Shown: piece by piece, positions 46,837 through 57,401 of the stretch
How positions within the stretch are numbered: position 1 is the stretch's first letter
Layout: every line of letters starts with the position of its first letter
Assembly (NCBI GenBank): GCA_047495785.1
Contig: JBLDXI010000036.1
Location: 806,001 to 870,000, forward strand
Reading direction: 5' to 3'
DNA from: Lepidodermella squamata
Lineage: Eukaryota > Animalia > Gastrotricha
Length of the DNA: 64,000 nt
Notes under the pieces: generated by a model
Databases searched by the model: none
What the model saw: the letters and a program-made list of their open reading frames with translations, nothing else
What the model was told of the DNA's origin: nothing
Translations under genes and position numbers: made by a program

Positions 46837-49800
46837 GAGCAGCGTCGATATCGATGGTTTTGCGCTAAAACAGGCCAATAGGCTGCATTGAGATATACGC
46901 CCATAAAAACTGTGCGGAGTATATGCGAGTATATGGTTATACACAGGGCTAATAGCATTTTGGTGCATGCGCAAGAGAATGCACTCAGACGAGAGCGATC
47001 GATTCTTCCGCAGTAACATGGTATATTTGCGTATTTTGTTCTCTTGTTTTTTTCACTTTTATCATCATTCTTTCTTAGATCTCCCGCATCATTTTTGCTG
47101 AAAGTAGGACATTGAAAGCATGCGCTTTAAATTACCCACGATTTTAGTAATTCTGACCTGATCTGTTCATGGAACGGAGTAGGAATGTTTTCCATAGTTG
47201 TCCATTCTAAATCGCAGTAGAATTTTCTTCTAGAATGATTAGAATCTCCGATAGATTGATGGAGGCTTCTTATCAGATTCTTAAGGAGTTTAGTGAAATC
47301 TGAGCTTACCGCAAAGTTAAACTCCTGTTTTGAGATTATAGCAAAAATAGAGTAGAAAGGTTGTTTTGGCTGAGATTCCGAAAGTGGCTGCTGGATACTC
47401 TGTTAGGAAAATATTCCATTATTTCGTTGTTGTGGCGTTTATCAAGCTGATAATGTGGTTTGGGCCCCTGGATAATTTGAAACTATCGCCCTTTTCCTCA
47501 AACAACCACCTACAAAACACAACACAACTTCTGATCAAAGATAGAAAGCCAAGTTCGTCGGTTTGGGGCTCAAACTCCGCCTAGAACTTGACAGCTAGTT
47601 AGACGGAAACTGTGGACTTATCGATCGTTCGTGAATCCTACAATCTACTTACGGTCGAAGGTCGAAGCCTTACGAACAATCCAAACAGTCTCTTAATTAG
47701 GTGTAACCAGAAGTACTCTTTATTGCCTTTTAAAATTTAGCATTTGGTATCAGGCGCATGCCATCTTCACAATGCTTAGGAGCCGACTATTCCCATGATT
47801 GCTTTGGCCGCTGAGTAGCCACATCTTTAATCTTTACCATATATTACCGGTGAATGGCGGCCCATACCAGAAGGGAGGAGTTACTTGGCGGTGTTACCCT
47901 TCCTGTCAACCCTTCCTGTCAGCTTGATAAACGCCGCATTCAATGCATAGATGATTGATATTGCGGTTATTGGGATTGAACCCGGTGCTTTTGAGATGCC
48001 TAGGCCGCTCGATCACATGCTACTCACGTGCCAGGGTCAGCTTTTATACGACTGGGATAACCCCATTCCAAGTTTAAACTGCTGCAGTTAAAACTAACGT
48101 GATTCATTGGAATTTAAGGTTTATGTTTTGGCTTATAAATACCTTTCACAGCAATATACAAAGTGAACCTATCGCTTTGTTATGATATTTAAAACTCCCG
48201 ATTACTGGCCACTTTAACTACTTAACTTAGTTGGGCCATCCTTCATCGGTAGCTGTAAATCTGAGGTAATACAGCCTTAGATCAAGAAAAGAACTTCTCA
48301 GATTGGCAATTCGGCTTTCGACAACTCCCCTGTTTTCTATCCTTGAAATTCTAATTTATAACGCTTGTATCACATTTAGGACTAAAGCATTCAACGTTTC
48401 ATTATTAACAACGATTTGAGCTGATGACTGATAACGACAATTGGGTGAAACAGTTTCCTCCGAGGATAGTGGATTCTAGACACCGCCCATCCAAACAAGC
48501 GATGGAAAGAAAACTCAAGCGCAACTCTGGGAAACCCTACCGTCAGTCAGATAAAGGGGTTAGCGCTAAGTTTAATTCCGGTCGTAAGCCTGTTTACTTC
48601 AAGTGTGGTTGCTGGCGTAAATGCTCCTTGAAATTCAATGAAAATTCAGTCAAACAATGCTTTAACACTTACTGGTCCCGAGCATCTATCGACGCTAGAC
48701 GAGCATTCATCAACCGTTACGTCAGTTATAAACAGAAACGAGAGAATGGTCCTCGAAGATTTGATTATTACTTACCAGGCAACTACTTGGCAACCCCTTC
48801 GCCTTCACAATCTAGGGACTCAATCGAAGTATGCAGGTCTTTCTTTCTGAAGGCGCTCGATGAAACTCGCGCTTTTATAAACACAACTGTTGAGAAAAAA
48901 GTCGAAGACGGCTTCTACATCATACCAGATCAACGTGGTCGCCATAAGCCGCCAAATACCACCAGCGATAATGCTTACAAATTTGTTTATCAGCACATCA
49001 CTTCTTTCGAGCGATTAGACAGTCATTATGCGAGAAGTCAAGCTAGCAAGCAATATCTCGGGTCCGCGCTCAATCTGAGGGAAATGCATCGAATGTACTG
49101 TATAGCACACCAAAACTGGACTCTGCGTACTGATGCGAAACCCGTCAAATACGCTACTTACCGATCCATATTCAAGAGATCTTTTCCCAATCTCGCTTTC
49201 AGTCATCCCAAGAAGGACACCTGCAAGAAATGCACACGATTTGCGACTTTGCCGGATGAACTGTTCACCCATGAAGTGATCGTCGAGAAACGGAACCACG
49301 AATCCAACAGAGACGCTGCAAGAGATGCCAAGAATGCTGACAAAATTCTAGCAAAACAGTCGAAAGGATTGATCTTGTGCATCCAGTTTGATATGCAGTC
49401 AATCCTCGAAAGCCCTTGCTGCTCGATAATGTACAAAAAAAAGTTCCACACCTCAAACCTGACTTTCTACGATACTTCATTAAAAGATGTCTACTGTTTC
49501 ATGTGGGATCAAACAGAAGGGGGTCGTGGGACGGATGAAGTTGGTTCATGTCTCTATAAATTCATCACTGAAATGATTCCTGGAGAAGTTGAGCAGTTGA
49601 TTTTATGGAGCGACAGCACTGGAAGCCAAAACAAATCTCAGTACATTGTCAACGCTTTATTCGCGGCCTTGTCCAATTGCAAAGGTAATCTCAAAGTCAT
49701 CGATCACAAGTTTTTCGAGCCGGGCCACTCGCAAATGGAATGTGATTCCGTGCATGCCACTATTGAAAGGGAAGCTAAGAAACGAGTCAACATCAGCTAT

Positions 49801-50689
49801 TCAAAGGAATGGAGAGAAATCGTGGCCGCGTCGCGGAAGGCTCCGATTGATGCTGATCTGAGACTTGAAGTGTACGGCGAGGAAACACCAAACCGCTTGA
49901 AAGTGAAACCATACAGCATAACTGAAATGCAATTTTCAAGCTTCTTCAGCTTTGACAAGTCACCAAAGTTCGCTCAGTATTTGCAAGACGAACAGAAAAA
50001 TGATGTTAAATGGTCGGAGCCATGTTGGTTCAGATACGAGAAAGACTACCCTAATTATCTCCAAACCAAGAAAACTTTTGACTTGGCTTTTCATACTTTC
50101 GTCGCCAAGCGCTACAACAAAGACGTCATTTTGTTTCCTTTCCAACTTGTTCAAAAATACGAAAAGCGATTGCCGATCGAATCCAGTCTTAAGAAGGATC
50201 TCATCGAAATGGTCAACAAAGGCACCATTCCAGAAGCTTATCGCTCAGTCATAATGGCTTACGAAGAAGACGCAGACAAACCTACTGCCTGCAGCATTGA
50301 CGCTAACTCTCCGCCGTGACATTAGGCCCTCGAAACTTGAAAGGATATGACTAATTGAAAGCGTTTCAGAATTATTAAAACAAGCTTATTGTTGAGAGTT
50401 TAAACTGTGTTTTACTCGAGCTGTCTAAGAACGATTCAGTCCATGAGTTTCTGAAACGTTTCCGCCATGATTATCTCGGAATTCCCAGCGCAGATACCTC
50501 AGAATGACCGCAATATCGAAGATATTTGTCGGTCATTATTTGTCCAGTACATATATTTTTTTCACACAGAATACAGTGGGCTATATCTTACTATATGTGT
50601 ACGTAGTACTATTTATAGTGCGTAGTACTCTGGATAGGAATTTTTTTCGTTGGCTCCTTATAGCGCAAAATCATCGATATCGCTGCCTC
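46837..50689 (+). mobile_element. Sola1-like DNA transposon, full length
   Basis: TIRs gagcagcgtcgatatcgatggttttgcgcta / revcomp gaggcagcgatatcgatgattttgcgcta; 4-bp flanks aagt / aggt; contains the transposase. Confidence 0.7.
48424..50319 (+). CDS. DDD/E transposase, Sola1-like, intact 631 aa
   Basis: Motifs FDMQ, WDQTEGGRGTDEVGSCL, WSDSTGSQNKS, GHSQMECDSVHATIE; upstream PKKDTCKKC. Superfamily assignment is from recalled motifs. Confidence 0.8.
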   Translation: MTDNDNWVKQFPPRIVDSRHRPSKQAMERKLKRNSGKPYRQSDKGVSAKFNSGRKPVYFKCGCWRKCSLKFNENSVKQCFNTYWSRASIDARRAFINRYVSYKQKRENGPRRFDYYLPGNYLATPSPSQSRDSIEVCRSFFLKALDETRAFINTTVEKKVEDGFYIIPDQRGRHKPPNTTSDNAYKFVYQHITSFERLDSHYARSQASKQYLGSALNLREMHRMYCIAHQNWTLRTDAKPVKYATYRSIFKRSFPNLAFSHPKKDTCKKCTRFATLPDELFTHEVIVEKRNHESNRDAARDAKNADKILAKQSKGLILCIQFDMQSILESPCCSIMYKKKFHTSNLTFYDTSLKDVYCFMWDQTEGGRGTDEVGSCLYKFITEMIPGEVEQLILWSDSTGSQNKSQYIVNALFAALSNCKGNLKVIDHKFFEPGHSQMECDSVHATIEREAKKRVNISYSKEWREIVAASRKAPIDADLRLEVYGEETPNRLKVKPYSITEMQFSSFFSFDKSPKFAQYLQDEQKNDVKWSEPCWFRYEKDYPNYLQTKKTFDLAFHTFVAKRYNKDVILFPFQLVQKYEKRLPIESSLKKDLIEMVNKGTIPEAYRSVIMAYEEDADKPTACSIDANSPP

Positions 50690-51323
50690 AGGTTGAAACA
50701 AAATCGGCTGGGGACCGGAAAACACCTCAGCTAGATACTAGATACTGCACATCGCACACAGGACCGGCGCAGCGGGGTTCGTCTGTTAAAGGACCTGAGA
50801 CCTGATTAACGCATAAGCTTGGAGAGCTGCAGCTTCCGATACAAATCCGTCTGCCTAAATCCTAAATGCTCGTTTTGGCCAAACCATCAGCCAAACTTAT
50901 CGGTGAAGAGATTCAACAATAATTCCGCGGCATTTGGGCGCTATTTTTCATCTGACTCATTTCTGGGAAATTTAGCCATCATTTTAGCGGCAATTTTCGG
51001 CGACTGTTGGGCAAAAGATTGCCAAAAACATTTGGCCGAAACAGATTCGCGGTTAGTTGAATAAATTGCATCTAATAATCTGAAAATCAACACTCTTCAT
51101 TCTTTAGGTAAAACCGGCTTATTTTTCGCTTACTGTCTTCATTTACCAAACCATTCTGGAATAAGATCCAACAAATTCATATCATAAGGTGTAAAGTGTC
51201 AAATCTTTGGCTCTTCCTCTTCATTCACGTAAAGAAACATAATCAACTTGAAACTGAGGTAAACAAGCCAAAATTCGAGTTTTTACGCCAACAGTTTCTT
51301 TTTCAATAAAAGCGCGCACTGTA

Positions 51324-53583
51324 TCATTGCAGATATTGGCTTCCGGGCTGTAAAGCAGTGCGTGATGATGCTTCAACGCGAAAATCTGAATGGCGCTTTC
51401 GAAGTATCAAGCTGTGAGATGCCGAAATAACAATCAGAAATACAGATAAAATGGTATCATATTGAAAACTAGGCGCCATAATGTAACCAATGGCAGCAGA
51501 TGCGCAAAACAAAGTTGCTGTAATCCCCATCAAAGAATTACCCATTTTGATAACTGGCTGCTGCCTAAAATTACGCATCATGGCTTGTAGTTTCAGCGCA
51601 AACATCAAGCCAATTAGAATCAGGGCAAAGTTCAGTGCGACAAGAGAGCCAACCCAGGCCGATGCTTGCTTAGATTGGCACAACTTCCACTGCCGTATTG
51701 TGTAAGCATCGGCAACTTCATCATAGAAAGCGTATGAATCCGAAACTAAATCAGCAGATACCGGGTCCACAACTAACCAAGCCAAGACGATTGCGAGATT
51801 TATAACTGTATAGATGACCGTGAATGAAGCCTGGCGAACTTTTCCGATTTCAACGTCAATTATAAGATATTTTTCAGACTGAACTGTTTGAAAAGAGGCA
51901 AATGAATTCATTTGAGGCTCCCGCCCACGCCTAATGTTGTTGTGAGGTCGTAGAACAGCGTAGTAATTTGCAATCAAAATAACTATGCCAATTATGAACG
52001 AGGAAACTCCGCAAGTGATAACAACAATCGCGAAGCTACAAACTGCATCTGAGCGTAAATTGAATGGCGTAGAAATCAGCGGAACGGACAGAGAGAGACA
52101 GAAATAGCTGATGAGTGAAATTGCATTCCTCGCCACATCTTTTCTTCTCTGTTTAGCCATGAAAACAGCTTGTAAAGAGAATAATGTGATCGCAGCAACC
52201 GTCAGAATGGCGTAAACGGATAATGGCTCTCCTGTAATCACATGAACCACAGCAGGCGAGTCACGAGGTATCAAAGACGCGTCGACGGGTTGAACTGGTT
52301 TGAATAGAAGAATATTCGGCTCCTTAAAATTCGTTGAATTTGTTAGCACAGTTCCGATGTATCGAACAATTAGGCCGTTGCCCTGTTGCCACGTCATAAC
52401 AGCTTGAGGCTCGTAGTCCCACTCCGCGCGGTTCGAGTAATGGAAAATTGCTGAATCTCAAGCTTTCGTAACGAATCGAACGAATCGTTTGGTTCGCAAC
52501 TTTCATGACGAGCCCCGGATGCTTCTGGTAATCCTTCAGGCTCATGTTGAGCGTCGATAACTTTTTCTCAGTTTCATTCAATGCGACAATAGCTTGAAGA
52601 GCTGCATCGTAGCAGGCAGTGCGAAGGGTGTCGCCCGATCTGGATAGATTTTGCCCTCTTTCCGTCAAGATTCTCTCGAACCCTGTTTGAGTGTTGCCCA
52701 ATGCGTCGATTCGGGATGAAGAAACCGGCGCAGCATCGATAGAGCCAACGACAATCACTGATTTTAACTGCTCAATGTAATTCTCCCTGGAGCAACCGCT
52801 AGGATAGCTCTGACCAGGCGATGGTTCTAAAAAAGCAGCCGATTGGATTAAGAACGTAAATCGTCGCCCTGTTATCCCGTTTTTGAACGCTTCACATAGA
52901 AACAGTTGCGAAACTCCCGGCTCTGAAGTTTCCAACGTGAAGATTCTGACGTCGTGATTTTTGAAAATATGCATAAATTCATCATTAAGATCAAGAAATG
53001 CCTCGAAAGGTTGGACCTTAATCCCGTTAGCCGCTGCAATTTCATGGAAAAATATGCCAGTTTGAACGGAAAACACGTTGCTCAAGTCCACGATAACTGC
53101 CAACTTTTTCCATGGTGTGAATTGCTTGATGAAATGAAGACGAGTAACCAGGCCCAGCTCTATCGGGCCTCGAACTCTGTACATGTTAGGGTAAAGATCG
53201 CGTCTGGCTGTCTGGCTTGGAGCAGTGCAAGACGCGCCTACCATCACCATATTCGTATGATTCGCAATCGGCCCCCAAGCTTTGCAACCAGGCGTAACGA
53301 TTGGGCCAACACTTATTGGAGATTTGTACGCTGGCATGTTTTGATCAATGAATTTTACGCCCTCTGCTGCGGCGTTGGCGGTGTAAACTTGCTCGTCGGT
53401 GTGCAAGAATTTGACTTGGTAGCCGGGGAGTAAGTTACGCTCGTTGACGATTTCTCCAACCAAATTGACAGCGAAACGGCATCTGTCAAAAAAGGAGGGC
53501 AACTGGGCGAGAATCACCAGTTCGCTCTGGTTCTGAGTATTGGCGCGATGTATCAACGTAAAAAACAACAGCAGTTTATCCAT
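51324..53583 (-). pseudogene. Second GABA-B-type class C GPCR with a single +1 frameshift
   Basis: ORFs 53583-52324 (signal, VNERNLLPGY, SVGP) and 52397-51324 (7TM). Removing one base of the A4 run at 52444-52447 joins them. Confidence 0.8.
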
Positions 53584-54099
53584 GTTATCAAAAGAAAAAC
53601 TGCCAACTGAATCAATGGTAAATGAGACTATTTACGCCGTAACAAGACTCGTTGAATCTATGCTTTTTGCATAAGCAAGAAATTTGGATTTCGTTGAAAC
53701 TTGTTCCTCGGCCGAAGGGTGATGTTTTGCTCATCCACGCTCATCAATTAGGAAGCACGTAGGGTGTGTCAGCAATTAGCCATAGATGTCAGTGAGCGCT
53801 TGTTCAGAACGTTGGCTTAACGTTAATTAACCCTCTCAAATCGTTTCGCCAACGTAACCCACGGATGCACACACAATCGTATGTGGGTGGGTGTTTATAT
53901 ATCCCTTCCCTGTTGGAAATCCTTTCGCCTAACGCCTAACGCTAGATGCAGGGATCAAATATCGACCTAAATCTTGCGCTTAGATAGCTATAACATTCAT
54001 CAATATTTTTGCCTATAGTGAACCTCAGAAATTCAAAATTTTAGGAATAATTTTTTACTTTCGAGCTACCATAATGCTTGCTACATATAATTCGTAATG

Positions 54100-54410
54100 A
54101 CCTGATATATCCTGCTGCCTGTAAAGATAAATGTGGTATTCATGAGCATTTAACATAAAAAACAATCCTAACCCTTTAAAGTCTTTAAAACCCTTTGAAA
54201 CAATAGCTGAGGCGAGCTTTGCCATGAAGTGAGAATAATTAATGCCAATGAAATTATATAAAAGAGATGAACGAATGAACAATGGACGATGGATGGTAAA
54301 GTTGTTGTAAAAGCTCGCCAAAAACATCTGGGTAAACACTCGACTGGTAAATCGATGATTCATGCGTGCAGAGTTTAATACCAACCGAGTACATAGATAA
54401 CATATGCGGG
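54100..54410 (-). pseudogene. Decayed MAKL-family copy K (promoter plus MAKLASAIV)
   Basis: 54205-54410 aligns with 55188-55375 (cattaattattctcacttcatggcaaagctcgc); coding similarity is lost soon after exon 1. Confidence 0.6.
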
Positions 54411-54885
54411 GTGTCTTTTTGCAGCGGCAATGAAAACTATACTGCTGAAAATATAAAACTTGAAAACAGAGAAATCGATACGTTTGTTGTTTGCATTCAA
54501 TCCGTTTTTTTCATGGCCTTTATTAACGTATTACTCCTGGAAACAGTCAACGAAGTATGGGGGTTTTTGTGACCAAAGGGTCCCCCTGTTTTCGTGTTTT
54601 CCACCTTGGCCCTACAACTGGGGGCTCGATACCCCTCGATACCCTTTCTTTGCACATTCAATAAAATTAAGACGTATAACTGAAGGTTTAGACTTTATAC
54701 TCATTGTTAATATTGAGTCTCGAGGATTGATAATAAGCCAATATTGATATTAAGCGACTTTTATTTTATACATCTGATGAAAACAGCTCTTCTCGTTAGA
54801 GATTCTTCAATTTCTCCCTTCCACAGTATGACCTCAACAGCTTGCATTTCTCGCGCCTCACTTCTTTTTTTCTTAGCCCTTCTCC

Positions 54886-55208
54886 CTAGCGCCTCGGCAT
54901 CCTACCACTGCTGCGCTGCGCCTCCATCAGGTTAGCTTCTGCCTCACGCCTCGGCCTCCGACCAGAAATGCTGCGCTGCGCCTCCATCAGGTTAGCTTCT
55001 GCCTCACGCCTCGGCCTCCGACCAGAAATGCTGCGCTGCGCCTCCATCAGGTTAGCTTCTGCCTCACGCCTCGGTCTCCGACCAGAAATTCCGTCACACG
55101 CAACGACGGCAACAACTGCCTATAACAGAAAATTGCTCTCTAAATCAGATTTTAAGAAAAGCTCCAGACCCATACCATAAAAGCAAGAGCTGATGCGAGC
55201 TTTGCCAT
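54886..55208 (-). CDS. MAKL-family multi-copy peptide precursor L
   Basis: Exons 55208-55176, 55119-54886: MAKLASALAFM|AVVAVVACDGISGRRPRR(EAEANLMEAQRSISGRRPRR)x2 EAEANLMEAQRSSGRMPRR*. Confidence 0.8.
54910..55089 (-). repeat. 3 x 60-bp coding tandem repeat
   Basis: Near-identical units (lines 54961 and 55021 differ at one base); encodes the spacer+peptide unit of precursor L. Confidence 0.9.
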
Positions 55209-57401
55209 GAAGTGAGAATAATTAATGAAAGTGAAAATGAACAATGAACAAATGAGCTGTGGACAATTGATGAGTCGTTTTAAATGCTCGCCCGAAACAT
55301 CTGGGTAAACACTTGACTGGTAGATGGATGATTCATGCGAGATTGAATAGCAACCGCGTGGATAATATAATATGCTTAGGAATGCCAAAACAAATTTGAG
55401 TTAGCTGAGTGCGTTGTCAACTGTCGCAGCTGAACGTTTGGACTTTGGACTTAAAGCGTAAGCCAAAGGACAATGAAATTTTCTCTTTGTGCTTCACCAA
55501 TTTCAGACATTTCCCGCAGGTTAAGGGTTCTTTCAACCTTCCTTCGGAGGGAGTCCCGGAGCTGGGGTGCCGTGACAACCCCGCACACCTATATTTCGCA
55601 CCCTGATTCACGTTTTTAAGCTTTCGAAGAACTATAGAAATTAATATATGAAATTGTGTTGGTGCATGATGAGAAGCAATGAGAAATTATGGTTCCAGGG
55701 ACCTAACATGTTTCCCACAGTGCGGCAATTGAAGAATACGACCAGCTCAGAAAAAGTTTCGCGCTCAAAAAACCATAAAGTCAGAAACACATAGACTGTG
55801 GAAGGAAAAAGCTTCCGAGCTTTTCGAAATACCCGGACGTGGAGAAACCTCAGCATGGAGATTCATTCTGGGTAATTATATCACCACAGTATCGTGATGA
55901 GTATATGATTCGATATCATGAGGAGGCCATCGGGTTCAACTTCGAATTAAACCACGAAGCTAGCGGATGCTACAATTAAAAATTTTCGACCGTTGTTCCT
56001 AACCACAACTCCAAGGTTCGAGAAACCTGTGAGATTAGTGAAGAAATCAACCCGCGGATTTTATTTATTCCATAGTATCCTCCCTCATATCACCGCAGTA
56101 TTTTCACATTTTACAGTCACAGTAGAATCCAAGCCTATCGACGTTTTCGTACCAGGTTGTATAGTTTTCAGTCTAATTGACGCTGGCGAACAGCGTTACG
56201 ACAACAATAGAATTGTATGGTTTTAAGGAAAATTGAATATGTATGAAGCGGATGGTTTACCGAAAAACTCCCTTCACCACCTGGTCAAACACTCAACTTG
56301 GAAATCGATGGTTTTTTCTTGTGTCATTAAACGACAAGCTTGTCAACATTTTTCCAAAAACTCATGACCGAAGTGCTCTCAGCCAAGGCTCAGTGCGAAA
56401 ATGCGTAGACCATATGCATGGGAAATGTCTTTTCGCAATGCATGGAAGTGCCAAGTGCAATTCGACAAAGGTTAACCATAGTTGCTACTGTGTCTGTGGC
56501 TTCTGCTTTATTTCATCAAAGGATCAAGGCTATTTTACCCTATTCAGATTTCGAATTATTTTTCCCTGATTAGGCTTGAAAGTGATTTACTTTTAACACT
56601 ACTGATCGGAGCGAATATAGGCCTTAACTAACGATACTAAGGACAAGGTCATCGTAACCAGGACAATTTTTGGCACTTGTTATGGATAAATCGAGGTAAA
56701 TCGAGGATCCGGGCAGAATTTATGTGTGTCAAGTGCTGAACTTCTAGGCGAAAAACACTAGCTGCATGCGCAGGGTGGCAATAAGAATAGCTGCAAATCT
56801 GTTCTTCCGGTTAGTAGGGATCCTGGATCCTGGACAATATAAATCATCTGCTGAACCCTCAAGCGCATGAACGCTGAATCGGAAATAAGCTGTACCGGGT
56901 GTAGAATTTTCTCTATTCGGCGATAAAAAATATTGCCGAAATAAAAATTATTGTCTTCTGACTACGCCAATCTGTTATGCGTTGGCCATGATGAAATCGG
57001 GCGTCGTTCCATACCAAATGTTGGATGCAATTTCATGCGCTGATTTCTTTCAACATTGCTTATCGCTTTGAAATTTGAAATTATCTTACCCTGATTTTAT
57101 AACACAAAATAAAGCCCTGTTTAATTACTAACAGCCAAGACAGGTAATTTAGTCAAGAATAACGGACGATCATTATTATTTCGACATGAGACTAGCGATA
57201 TCGCCAAGATTTGCCAGGTCAAATTCCCATTTCATATGCGTTGTTGAATTGATACTTATTCAATTTATGTGTTGTTGTTTTGAAGTTAAACTCCGGCACG
57301 AGCCACAAGAGCCAGGTCGGAACGCGTGCTTCCTGCAAATTTTCAAATCTAACCAGACGTTAGTCATTAATCGTTCATTTTTATTTATGAATGAAACAGC
57401 A

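Noticed and set aside
52324-52450. Programmed ribosomal frameshift
   Set aside because: No slippery heptamer or downstream structure evident; a homopolymer indel is the simpler explanation.
54910-55089. CRISPR-like array (also the 48-bp repeat at 62709-62915)
   Set aside because: Contiguous repeats without unique spacers, unit lengths divisible by 3, inside spliced eukaryotic coding exons; no cas genes.
55860-56570. Short ORFs 55993-56226 and 56243-56569
   Set aside because: No signal peptide, motif or splice support recognised.
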